Positions 25,739-34,573 of a stretch of 64,000 nt of DNA are shown in pieces. Below the pieces are notes generated by a model that saw only the letters and a list, made by a program, of their open reading frames with translations, was not told where the DNA came from and ran no database searches. This DNA comes from a virus: positions 32,001 to 96,000 of the IMG/VR virus record IMGVR_UViG_3300036861_000610. One strand, written 5' to 3'. The translations under genes were made by a program, and so were the position numbers. How positions within the stretch are numbered: position 1 is the first letter of the stretch; every line of letters starts with the position of its first letter.

Positions 25739-25837
25739 GTCCGTCTCCTGGTTGGTTGGTCTGGCGTTGAGCTTAGGGGCTTCTCCTTCAGCTCGGCAAC
25801 CCCCGGTGGTTCTGGGCGTTTCTCGCTGACATGGAGA

Positions 25838-25867
25838 ACCGTACCCGGACCCCGGGGTACGGCGCAA
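25838..25867 (-). promoter_or_regulatory. promoter of tRNA operon
   Basis: TTGCGC-18nt-TACGGT; near-palindromic spacer. Confidence 0.6.
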
Positions 25868-25965
25868 GAGGTTTCCCCAAGATCTTTTACTGGCGGCCTC
25901 CGGAGCCAACTGACCAGGAGTTTCGTCAGGTAGCGCCGGCCGCCAACCAGGACAACGGGACAGGA

Positions 25966-26202
25966 TCACAGCTTCTTCGCTGGCTCGTTGGAGGTCGCCC
26001 AGACCGCGGCCCCAGTTCCCAGAGCGGTGAGGACCCCGAGCACGATCTCCCACACAGTGACCTTGCCGTCGGCTAGTGCGGCAACGATGGCCACCCCCAG
26101 GGAGCCGGTCACCGCAACCACAGCCTTGGCGATCGTCTGCTCCCGGGCCGGAGGTACCTGAAGGAAAAGGGTCCCCTCGACCGGGGGCTGGGAGCCTGTC
26201 AT
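25966..26202 (-). CDS. holin-like two-TM protein
   Basis: KAVVAV...ALADGKVTVWEIV...LGTGAAVWATSN. Confidence 0.65.
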   Translation of the reverse strand: MTGSQPPVEGTLFLQVPPAREQTIAKAVVAVTGSLGVAIVAALADGKVTVWEIVLGVLTALGTGAAVWATSNEPAKKL

Positions 26203-26266
26203 TCATTCATTGTGCCCCCGATGATGTCCATAGAGAAGAGCCCCGGTTTCCCGGAGCCCTTGCCTA

Positions 26267-26440
26267 TCAGACCTGACCAGAGCCGCCGCAGCGGGTGCAG
26301 GTCGGTGTGCCTTGACCATTGCAGGTGCCGCATTTCCTCTTTCCACCATCGAGCCAGCCGCTTCCCCCACAGCCTCGACAGGAGAGAAAACCCAGTCCGC
26401 CGCAGGTGCCACAGGTGCCCTTCTCGTCCTTTTTTGCCAC
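26267..26440 (-). CDS. DnaJ-type zinc-finger microprotein 5
   Basis: CGTCGGLG, CRGCGGSG, CGTCNGQG, CTRCGGSG; 57 aa; not in ORF track. Confidence 0.8.
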   Translation of the reverse strand: MAKKDEKGTCGTCGGLGFLSCRGCGGSGWLDGGKRKCGTCNGQGTPTCTRCGGSGQV

Positions 26441-26601
26441 TAGCTGAGCCTCCCGCTTCCCCCACAGCTACTGCACGACGTCAGGGTGGAACCGTTGCAG
26501 CCAGAGCACGGCTTACCTCCGACGCGCCCGGCGCCCTTGCATTTGTCGCAGGTCGTCCGGCCGCTGCCAACACACACCGGACACGGTTTCTTGTTTGCCA
26601 T
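26440..26601 (-). CDS. DnaJ-type zinc-finger microprotein 6
   Basis: CPVCVGSG, CDKCKGAG, CSGCNGS, CSSCGGSG; 53 aa; TAG/GTG coupling; not in ORF track. Confidence 0.8.
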   Translation of the reverse strand: MANKKPCPVCVGSGRTTCDKCKGAGRVGGKPCSGCNGSTLTSCSSCGGSGRLS

Positions 26602-26705
26602 CCCTCGCTTCCCTCCAGGTCAATTGTTTTCTACTCAGGCAAGGGGCCCCGGGAGCACGCCCCCAGGGCCCCTTGCCTCGTCCGCCGCAACCGGAGACCT
26701 TCGAC

Positions 26706-28316
26706 CTAGCTCGCGGTCTCCCACGGCCAGGACGCCTTCTGCCCCGCCTCGATCAACGGAACCATGCTGAACGTGTGGTCTGTTAGGCCACCCAGCTGGT
26801 GCCGAGTTGACGTGGTGTCCAACATGGCCGGCGCGTAGCCTGCCAGGTTGAAGCTGTAGACCGACGTCTCAGCCGGAACCTGAGCCCCGACATCTCCCTG
26901 CCAGTACCCACGACCCGGCCCGAAGGTCTGCTCGTCGGTCATGATGAAGACGCGGTTGTGGCCCTGGAATGTCGCCTTCAAGGCCGCCGCGGTGTGAGTG
27001 CCACCGCCGCGCACCTTGCGCTTGAACGCCTCGATGTCGCGCAGGATGCTGCCACCCTTGCTGATCTCGAACTTCCAGGGGGTGTTGTCGAAGCCGTAGA
27101 CGTCGACCTTCTCACCCTTGTGCGCCAGTGCCAGTCCAAACAAGGCGGCCTGGTCCACCACCTCGACCTGCGACTTGCCCGACATCCGACCCTTCATCGA
27201 CCCTGACGTGTCGATCAGGATCAGAGTCCGACCTGGTAGCGGCGGGATGTTCGCCGTCGAATACTGCAACGCCAGCTCCAGCGCCGACACCCACTGGGCA
27301 CCGGTTGCGGTGGCGTACGCCGACAGGAACCGGAACGGCAGCTGCCTTGACCGGGCAACCTCGTCAGGGTCGGCCAGACGCTCGTTCACCTGCTTGACAG
27401 CCGCGGCGGAGATCCCCGCCTCCTGGAAGTTGCGCAGGTTGCGCAGCAAAGCCATGTAGCCCATAACTGGGATCAAGGACTCCCACACTTCAGCTGTCAT
27501 CGCACCCCAGGACGAGGCCTGCTCCCAGGTGATGCCGGCATCCCGCAGGATTTCCTCGGAGTCGTCGCCGAGCATCAGGTCACGCTTCGCCTTGTCTGGC
27601 AGGGCCAGGATGGTGGCGCGCTTGTCCAGCACCGCCAGCTGCTGCGAGATCGGCGTCTTCGGGTCCCGACGTACGTCCAGGATGTACTTGAACAGCGCTG
27701 ACTGGGTCAAGCTGGCCGGCTCCGGGTGGGTCAGCTCGATGACATCGGCCATCCGAACCGCCTTGTCCCCGCCGTTCCACTTGATGTACGCGAACTGGTT
27801 GTACTTCGCAGTCGCACCGTCGCCGATTCCACGACGAATACCGGCCGGCAGCTGGCGCCCGTAGGTCGCCAGCCAGTAAGCCAACGCCTCAGCTGGCTCA
27901 TCGGGACGGCCGACCCAGAAGAAACTGCGGAGCAGCTGCCGCGAGTCACCAACCCGAGAACCGGGCTGGTCAGCCTTGAGCATTATCTTGGCAGCTTCGA
28001 CGGCCGCGACGACGGCCGCGGTGCGGATGTTGGCCTTGTCGCGGAGCCAGACGATGAACTCCTTGATCCATGCAGGGTCCTCGGCGGCGACGGTGCGGAC
28101 TAGAGCGGCGAAGCGCTGGTTCCGGTCGCTGGCCTTCTCGTAGAAGGTGTCCTCGCCGTAGAAGTTGGAGACAGCCAGGAGGAAGAGTTCCGACTTGGTC
28201 TCGCGGGTGTAGGCCGGCGCGCCCTCGAACGTCTTGGTGTCCTTGGCCGCAGCACGCAGTGGCGAGCCCGCATTCGGGGTGGCCGTCCTGGTGCCTCGCT
28301 TGTTGGTGGTGGCCAT
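26706..28316 (-). CDS. rsr: Ro60/TROVE-domain RNA-binding protein
   Basis: ELFLL, MALLRNLRN, SRQLPFRFLSAY, vWA DTSGSM, GGGT, TDEQ. Confidence 0.93.
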   Translation of the reverse strand: MATTNKRGTRTATPNAGSPLRAAAKDTKTFEGAPAYTRETKSELFLLAVSNFYGEDTFYEKASDRNQRFAALVRTVAAEDPAWIKEFIVWLRDKANIRTAAVVAAVEAAKIMLKADQPGSRVGDSRQLLRSFFWVGRPDEPAEALAYWLATYGRQLPAGIRRGIGDGATAKYNQFAYIKWNGGDKAVRMADVIELTHPEPASLTQSALFKYILDVRRDPKTPISQQLAVLDKRATILALPDKAKRDLMLGDDSEEILRDAGITWEQASSWGAMTAEVWESLIPVMGYMALLRNLRNFQEAGISAAAVKQVNERLADPDEVARSRQLPFRFLSAYATATGAQWVSALELALQYSTANIPPLPGRTLILIDTSGSMKGRMSGKSQVEVVDQAALFGLALAHKGEKVDVYGFDNTPWKFEISKGGSILRDIEAFKRKVRGGGTHTAAALKATFQGHNRVFIMTDEQTFGPGRGYWQGDVGAQVPAETSVYSFNLAGYAPAMLDTTSTRHQLGGLTDHTFSMVPLIEAGQKASWPWETAS

Positions 28317-28391
28317 GTCTTTACTCCTCTCCAGGCGAACAGAAACAGGGGCGGACCTCGTCAGAGAATCCGCCCCTGTCAGGAAGCTGAT

Positions 28392-28520
28392 GCTGTCAGG
28401 CGACGAGGTGACCTAAGTTCCAGGGTTATGAGCCCTGGGCCGCGCCATGCGGCTCCGCCATGGGTGGCGGAGGGAGGAATTGAACCTTCGAAGTAACTCA
28501 GGTCGAACAGATCTGACAGC
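28392..28520 (-). ncRNA. Y RNA with permuted tRNA-fMet-like module
   Basis: GCTGTCAG/CTGACAGC ends, GAGTTACTTC, T-arm, closed acceptor, CAGGG-CTCATAA-CCCTG. Confidence 0.75.
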
Positions 28521-28531
28521 GGAACTTATGG

Positions 28532-28608
28532 TGGCACAGGCAACGGGACGGTCCAAGGTATTTTTTCAGTTAGCAGTGAAGTAACCCTGAACCTTCGGAT
28601 CTGTGCCA
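28532..28608 (-). ncRNA. short Y RNA (no tRNA module)
   Basis: CAGATCCGAAG...GGGTTACTTC...GTTGCCTG. Confidence 0.8.
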
Positions 28609-28649
28609 TGCCTTGGGGCGGGCCCGAAATCCCGCAGTGAAAGGATGAA

Positions 28650-28728
28650 GCCGCCAGGCAACAAGGTGACCCAGGTGTCTTTTTAATCCCAAATGATTGA
28701 AGTAACCCAGGTCTTCGGATCTGGCGAC
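28650..28728 (-). ncRNA. short Y RNA (no tRNA module)
   Basis: CCAGATCCGAAG...GGGTTACTTC...TTGTTGCCTGG. Confidence 0.8.
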
Positions 28729-28759
28729 TCATTGTCCCCAAGCGACGGAGAGCTATGAA

Positions 28760-28894
28760 CTACCAGGCAACAATTCAGCGTGAGGTGTTTAATGTGCTGC
28801 CGTTACACCACGTCGTCACTGGTGACGACGCCAGGACTCGAACCTGGACCCCTTCTTAATCAGAGAAGTAACCCCGTACCTTCGGATCTGGTAG
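28760..28894 (-). ncRNA. YrlA-like Y RNA
   Basis: Ro stem plus T-arm CCAGG-TTCGAGT-CCTGG, closed acceptor, D arm. Confidence 0.85.
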
Positions 28895-28901
28895 AAGTTT
28901 G

Positions 28902-29046
28902 ATGCCGCCAGGCAACAAGTCGACGTGAGGTGTTTTACGCGCTCTATCCACTGAGCTATACGGACACGGTGCCCGCACCTGGGATCGAACCAGGGACCTC
29001 GTCCTTGACATGGAAGTAACCCCGGTGTCTTCGGATCTGGCGACAT
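28902..29046 (-). ncRNA. YrlA-like Y RNA
   Basis: Ro stem plus T-arm CCTGG-TTCGATC-CCAGG, closed acceptor, GCTC-AGTGGATA-GAGC D arm. Confidence 0.87.
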
Positions 29047-29129
29047 ACGTTTTTAGTTGTCAAAGGTGGTACTGGGTGCGATGCCTCCGGGCTATGGCAG
29101 CAGTCGCAAGCTCTTGTATGACCTCCAGA

Positions 29130-29158
29130 ACAGTACCCGGGGGTCCGGGTGTCGTCAA
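29130..29158 (-). promoter_or_regulatory. promoter of Y RNA-Ro60 operon
   Basis: TTGACG-17nt-TACTGT. Confidence 0.6.
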
Positions 29159-29318
29159 GGCCCTTTTTGAGGGAACCCTCCTCGCCCTGACTGGAGGGCG
29201 GTGAGGGACCTGACGTGGGCGGTGATTCATGTACCTCACCCCAACTCTTGGCAGGCCGGCACATCTCCGGACACCACGCCCGCCCACGCCAGTCCGTTCC
29301 CCCAGGAACGATGAGGCT

Positions 29319-29347
29319 AACGTACCCCCACCCAGGGGTATCGTCAA
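29319..29347 (-). promoter_or_regulatory. promoter with CCCCCACCCAGGGG spacer
   Basis: TTGACG-17nt-TACGTT. Confidence 0.55.
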
Positions 29348-29355
29348 GCTTGACC

Positions 29356-29638
29356 GTGGCGAGATGTGGCGGCGTTGGGCATGGCACGGTGTGGCAGGTG
29401 AGGTCCGGAAGGTTCCGGCTAGGTGTGGCTTGGCGGGGCAGGCAGGGCAAGGCAACGCTGGGGTGTCGTGGAGCGGCTGGGAACGGCATGGCGTGGCAGG
29501 CGGGGTGACGCTGGTAAGGCATGGCAAGGTCCGGCAGGTGTGGCTCGGCTCGGTGGTGCATGATCTGGCCAGGCTCGGCAGGCTGGGTCCGGCATGGCGC
29601 GGTGCGTCGTGACCTTGGAAGGTGCGGTACGGCAGGCG
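29356..29638. repeat. degenerate pentamer (GGYNN) tandem array
   Basis: ggcat ggcac ggtgt ggca ggtga ggtcc ...; strong G skew. Confidence 0.75.
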
Positions 29639-29644
29639 AACGAT

Positions 29645-29692
29645 AAAAAGCCCCTGGTTTCAGTGAAATTTGGCTGAATCCAGGGGCTTTTT
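29645..29692. terminator. bidirectional intrinsic terminator
   Basis: AAAAAGCCCCTGG...CCAGGGGCTTTTT. Confidence 0.85.
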
Positions 29693-29808
29693 GTGTTCCC
29701 GGAACGCCACCCCCACATAGGGGTTCAAGAATGCGTATTCACATCCCCACGTAGGGGCACGCATTTTCGCCGCGAGCAGTTCTATCCTTATTCCCACCCC
29801 TTGCCATT

Positions 29809-30120
29809 ATGATTCTGGGCATGATAGTGGGTACCTTTTTACTGGTAGCGCTCGCTGTAGCCCGCGCCACGCTGCTGGTGACAAGCGACCGAATCATGCT
29901 GTCTTTCCGCCGCTGGGTTGTCAACAAGTCCGGTGACGAGTCCATCTGGAGCTATCTCGTCCACTGCAAACGATGCGCTAGCTTTTGGCTTGCAGTGCCA
30001 GGGGCCATATTTTGGGTGGCTCTGACCCTTCCTCTGCACCTATGGTGGCTGGTTGCCCCTGGTGCCTTCGCGCTGTCGTATATTGCCATCCTCCTTGGAC
30101 GTCTTGAGGAGGATTCATGA
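29809..30120 (+). CDS. DUF1360-like membrane protein
   Basis: R.T.LV..D.I...R; YLVHCKRCASFW; TM helices. Confidence 0.75.
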   Translation: MILGMIVGTFLLVALAVARATLLVTSDRIMLSFRRWVVNKSGDESIWSYLVHCKRCASFWLAVPGAIFWVALTLPLHLWWLVAPGAFALSYIAILLGRLEEDS

Positions 30121-30145
30121 CACGCAACGCGACTATGATCCAGTT

Positions 30146-30685
30146 ATGGTCTGTCGATCCTGTGAATCACCGACGGTTTATGCAACCAGCCTCTGCAAGT
30201 CTTGCTATCTCCGAAAGCTTGTTTACGGACGCCTTGAGCGCGAAACTGGAGGATCCCTCTGGGAGCGACTTTGGCGGCATGTGGAAGTTGAGCCATCTAC
30301 CGAGTGCTGGGTCTGGTATGGCTCTCGGACCGGCAGCGGTTATGCATCCACATATTTTGAGGGTAAGAATCAAAAAATTCATCGGCTCACCTTTGAACGC
30401 ATTGGTCAAAGGTTCCTGGCAGCTGATGACATCGTTGATCACCTGTGCAGAAACCGTGCATGCGTTAATCCACAACACCTTGAAGCCGTCACTGCTCTGG
30501 AAAATTTTCGCCGAGGAGTCGGTGCCGGCCTCAAGTGCGCCCACGACTCGGTCAATTTTTTCCAGCAGTCCATTAAGGGGACGTCGTACAAGCGCTGGGT
30601 TTGCCGGACGTGCTCTCGTGAGCGTTGCGCAAAGTCGAGAGCTAAGCGAAAGGCGCAATTAAGTGGCATTTCTGGGTCGCAGTAA
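30146..30685 (+). CDS. HNH endonuclease
   Basis: CWVWYG...GY...HR...DHLCRNRACVNPQHLEAVT..EN. Confidence 0.88.
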   Translation: MVCRSCESPTVYATSLCKSCYLRKLVYGRLERETGGSLWERLWRHVEVEPSTECWVWYGSRTGSGYASTYFEGKNQKIHRLTFERIGQRFLAADDIVDHLCRNRACVNPQHLEAVTALENFRRGVGAGLKCAHDSVNFFQQSIKGTSYKRWVCRTCSRERCAKSRAKRKAQLSGISGSQ

Positions 30686-32633
30686 AAGTAGCGACGTAGC
30701 GGTTCCGGAACCGGAACCGCCACGCAAGACACTGCTTGCCTCCGCCCTGCGCTTCCGGTTCGACGACGCTAGTTACAACAGCTGGAGATTCCGCGACGAG
30801 GCATGGCAGCGTGAACTTTGGCGACTTTATCGAATCACTCCGGAGCTACGTGCCGCTGCCAGCTGGGTTGGACAATGCTGTTCGCGGGTGCGGATCTATG
30901 TAGCCAACGTCGATGAACTTGGCCGCGTGCAAGGCGAAACGAAAAACAAAAAGGTACAGGCGCTGTCCGACACGCTCCTTGGCGGCCCCACCCAAAAAGC
31001 CGAACACCTGCGGATGATCGGCATTGACCTCACCGTCTCCGGTGAGTGCTACATCATTGGCCGACCAGACGACATCAGCGGCCGGGACAAGTGGTACGTC
31101 GTCACGCCAACTGAGTTCAGGCGCGTCCGCGGGTCCAACGGTGAATGGGACTGGGCCTGGGGTATCAAAGGCGCCCCGATGAAACTTGACCTCGCGAACA
31201 ACGTCATCACCCGGGTCTGGACACCTGACCCGGAACGTGTCTGGTGTGCCGACTCACCAGCCAGGTCCTGTTCGCTGATCCTGCGAGAACTGGAACAACT
31301 CACCAAGCTCGTCGCCGCCGAAATCGACTCTCGTCTTGTCGGCAACGGTCTGCTCATCATCCCCAACGACCTCGACCTGCCGCAAGAAGAAGGCACCACC
31401 AACAACGCCGACTCCCTGATGATCCGTATGGCCACGGCCGGCGCCCAAGGACTCAAGGGCGAAGGGTCTGCCCTCGGCGTACTGCCACAGATCATTGAGG
31501 CACCCGACCCCGACCGGTTCCGGCACCTGACTCTGTCAACGGAGCTGTCGAAAAACGCTCACGAACTACGCGCCGAATGCATCGAGCGTCTTGGTGTTGG
31601 CATGGACATGCCGCCCGAGGTGCTGAGCGGAATGGGCGACACAAACCACTGGTCAGGGTTCCTCATCGACGGCTATGGCATCAAGGTTCACATCGAACCA
31701 CTGATGAACCGGATCTGTGCCGCCCTCACCGAGGCCTATCTTGACCCGGCTCTGCGGTTCATGGGCCTGGACCCACTGAGGTACACCTACGCCTTTGACG
31801 TGTCGCCGCTGGCGCTGCGGCCGCAGCGGCTGCAGGACGCGCTGAACTTGTACGAGAAGGGCATCATCAGCGCCCAGGCCGTGCGTGAGGCTGGGTTCTT
31901 CAAGGACTCTGATCGACCCGAAACCGAAGAGTCGGCGGCCCGGCTCGTCACCGAAGTGTTGTTGCGCGACCCGCAACTGTTCCAAAACCAGGCCGTGCGT
32001 GAAGCGGTTGGCGTTCCCGAATCTGTCATCCCGCAGTTGTCCATGGTTGCCCCGACGGCGCAGAGCATCGGCCTTGGCGCCAACGGAGGCAGCAGCAGTG
32101 GAGGTAGCGGGCCGCCGCCGCCGATGCCGCCGCCCACGGGCATTCAGTCCGAGCTGCCCAACCCGATCCCGGACACCATGGGTAACGTCGGTGCTCCACC
32201 GACCCAGCCCGGAGGCCCGACTGGCCGACCGCCGGACAATAGCCCGCCGCCCACCGGTCTTACCGCTTCAGCGATGACAACCCAGCAGATGGGCGTCGTC
32301 GTCCTGGCCGAAGCCACCGTGCGGCGCGCCCTGGAACTGGCTGGCAAGCAGCTGCTCGACAACAAGAACCGCAACCGCTGGCCCGACGTCCCGGCGCACG
32401 AGCTGCACACCCGGATCACGGTCGAAGACCAGGCCCGAGCCAACCGGCTACTGCTGCGGGCTTGGGGTCAGTTGGCCAGCCTGGTTGCCGTGGTTGATGA
32501 CCAGTTTGACGTCGATCCGCTGGAGAAGAGCCTCCATAAGTACTGCAGCAATTTGCTGGTGCGAGGCGTCGCGCATCAGCCGCCGATGTTGCTCAATGCA
32601 CTGCTCGCTGACGGGGTGATCCATGCCAGCTAG
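30663..32633 (+). CDS. portal protein
   Basis: ELR....W....CSR, GE.YI, DSP.R, PEVLSGMGDTNHW; heads the head-gene module. Confidence 0.82.
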   Translation: MAFLGRSKSSDVAVPEPEPPRKTLLASALRFRFDDASYNSWRFRDEAWQRELWRLYRITPELRAAASWVGQCCSRVRIYVANVDELGRVQGETKNKKVQALSDTLLGGPTQKAEHLRMIGIDLTVSGECYIIGRPDDISGRDKWYVVTPTEFRRVRGSNGEWDWAWGIKGAPMKLDLANNVITRVWTPDPERVWCADSPARSCSLILRELEQLTKLVAAEIDSRLVGNGLLIIPNDLDLPQEEGTTNNADSLMIRMATAGAQGLKGEGSALGVLPQIIEAPDPDRFRHLTLSTELSKNAHELRAECIERLGVGMDMPPEVLSGMGDTNHWSGFLIDGYGIKVHIEPLMNRICAALTEAYLDPALRFMGLDPLRYTYAFDVSPLALRPQRLQDALNLYEKGIISAQAVREAGFFKDSDRPETEESAARLVTEVLLRDPQLFQNQAVREAVGVPESVIPQLSMVAPTAQSIGLGANGGSSSGGSGPPPPMPPPTGIQSELPNPIPDTMGNVGAPPTQPGGPTGRPPDNSPPPTGLTASAMTTQQMGVVVLAEATVRRALELAGKQLLDNKNRNRWPDVPAHELHTRITVEDQARANRLLLRAWGQLASLVAVVDDQFDVDPLEKSLHKYCSNLLVRGVAHQPPMLLNALLADGVIHAS

Positions 32634-33351
32634 TCGCGGCGCGGAGGACGGGGTCTTCCGGGCTGCCCGGGAAGGCTTGGTCAAGTGGCTCGGCCGGACC
32701 CGTGAGGCGGTCATGGCGCCGTGGCGCCAGTTCAAGGCGACACCGAACCCGGCGGCTATTGCCTCGACTGTTCCTTTGTGGAGGGAGCAGGTCGACCGGA
32801 TTCTTCCGGCGCTGACTCCGGCGCAGCGGGAAGGGTGGGCGGCAGCGCATCTGGTTGGTGACTTTGAGCCGAATGATCCGTTCATTCAGGCAAATCTTGC
32901 TCTTACTCGTAATCTTCTTGTTCGTATTCCAGACGAGGTCCATGCGTTGGTGGTGGGCGCAATCCTCGAAGGGTCTAAGCGAGCTGAGTCAACGGAGCAG
33001 ATTGCTCAGCGCGTGGAGGACATCCTCACGTTCACTGGTTCGGAGAACTGGGAGAACCGTGCAAAGGTCATCGCGCAGACAGAAACGAACCGGCACTTCA
33101 ACGGCTCCGCGCTCGCCCACGGGCTCTTGCGCGAGCAGATGGGGGATGCCTCGTTGACAAAGAAGTGGGACACGATGATGGACGGCAAGGAGCGACTCGC
33201 GCATCATGAAGCGAACGACAACGTCCAACCACTGAAGCAACCATTTATAGTCGGCGGTGAAGAGTTGCTGTTTCCAGGTGACCCCGCCGGACGGCCATCG
33301 AACATCATAAATTGCCGGTGCGGTATCCAGATCTTGAAGAGCGGTAGGTAG
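32623..33351 (+). CDS. phage minor head protein (MuF/SPP1 gp7-like)
   Basis: IAQTE, KKW, R..H, FIVGGE.L.FPGDP.G....INCRC. Confidence 0.88.
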   Translation: MPASRGAEDGVFRAAREGLVKWLGRTREAVMAPWRQFKATPNPAAIASTVPLWREQVDRILPALTPAQREGWAAAHLVGDFEPNDPFIQANLALTRNLLVRIPDEVHALVVGAILEGSKRAESTEQIAQRVEDILTFTGSENWENRAKVIAQTETNRHFNGSALAHGLLREQMGDASLTKKWDTMMDGKERLAHHEANDNVQPLKQPFIVGGEELLFPGDPAGRPSNIINCRCGIQILKSGR

Positions 33352-33359
33352 GTGGCCTT

Positions 33360-34553
33360 ATGGTTGTTCGGTTCAAGGGACTCATCGCCCCAACCGAAGT
33401 ACCCACGGGCGATGGCCGGATGTTTGCCCCTGGAAAACTAACTAGTCGTCCCATGCCTATCCCCTTGATGGTCCGCTTCGGTTCTGGTGGTCATGACAAC
33501 GCCACTGTGTGTGGGAAGATCACCCGGATCTTCGACGGCCCCGGCGGCTACTGGGCACAGGGTGAATTTCTCGACCCAGCAATGGTTCCCGAGGTTCCTA
33601 AGGCCATCTACATGCTCAACGAAAAGGTAATGGGCCCTTCCGTTGACCTGGACCGCGACTTCACGGTGAAGGCCATCAAGCACCCCACGCGGCCCGACAA
33701 GAAGGCTGGCCTCTTCGAGGAGTACAACGTTATTGGCGCCACCCTCGTGCCGATGCCGGCCTTCTACCAGGTGCATATGTCGGTCGATACTGACGAGGAC
33801 CGGGCGCTGGTCGCCTCAGTTATGCCCAATTTGGACATGTCCGATTGGCACCCTTTCGCAGTGAACGGCGACAGCTGGAAGCAGTGGCCACTGGCTCCGC
33901 GCGACTACAAGTTCGACGCTGACGATGCAGTGAAGCGCATCGCTTTCTGGTCCGGGATCGGTTCGAAGGAACCCAGCCTCGACCGCTACGCCTCGGCGTT
34001 CCTGTGGCGCAACGGCGACCAGGTCGGGGACTCTTTGGCGCAGGACTCCTTCCGGCTGCCGCTGTGCGACATCATCAACGGCCAGCCGCACCTGATCTAC
34101 CACGCGGCGTACGCCGCTGCAGCCCTGCTGTCCGGAGCCCACGGCGGCCTGCCGAACATTCCCGAAGATGACAAGAAGGCCATGGTGCCGGTCATCAACG
34201 AAATCTACGCGGCGTGCGCCGAAGCCTACGGCGACCCGAACCTGACCTCTCCGTTCATGGAAGGTCAGAACAGCCCCCAGTACTCGGTCACTGTTGTCGA
34301 TGGTGACGATTGTGGTTGTGACCTGCAGTCCCATGTCGAATCCAGTAAGACGTACAACCCGGCCACTGGACTGCTGACGATTATCGACCACACTGGCGCC
34401 GAGACGGTGGTACCGATCAGCAACTTCACCACCATCACCTTTGCGCCCGTCCCCCCAGACGTAGTGAAAAGCATCGCAGAAGAAAAAGAATCCTATGGGC
34501 CTGACGGGTGCCACTTCGACGAAAACGGCATGTGTGCCGTGTGCGGTTACTAG
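33360..34553 (+). CDS. capsid maturation protease-like protein
   Basis: PTGDGRMF, GHD.A..CG.I, SVDLD, GATLVPMPAF. Confidence 0.7.
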   Translation: MVVRFKGLIAPTEVPTGDGRMFAPGKLTSRPMPIPLMVRFGSGGHDNATVCGKITRIFDGPGGYWAQGEFLDPAMVPEVPKAIYMLNEKVMGPSVDLDRDFTVKAIKHPTRPDKKAGLFEEYNVIGATLVPMPAFYQVHMSVDTDEDRALVASVMPNLDMSDWHPFAVNGDSWKQWPLAPRDYKFDADDAVKRIAFWSGIGSKEPSLDRYASAFLWRNGDQVGDSLAQDSFRLPLCDIINGQPHLIYHAAYAAAALLSGAHGGLPNIPEDDKKAMVPVINEIYAACAEAYGDPNLTSPFMEGQNSPQYSVTVVDGDDCGCDLQSHVESSKTYNPATGLLTIIDHTGAETVVPISNFTTITFAPVPPDVVKSIAEEKESYGPDGCHFDENGMCAVCGY

Positions 34554-34573
34554 TCATGAAGAAGGTGGCCGAG

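Noticed and set aside
28345-28380. Hammerhead ribozyme from CTGACGA (also CTGATGA at ~19330)
   Set aside because: No stem II closure followed by GAAA; simple hairpins
28392-29046. CRISPR array (recurring GAAGTAACC...TTCGGATCTG)
   Set aside because: Repeats are inexact, spacing varies, each unit folds end to end, and no cas genes are present; Y RNAs explain it
28956-29718. Pro/Arg-rich ORFs over the pentamer tract
   Set aside because: Open frames arise from the low-complexity repeat; no SD or codon bias
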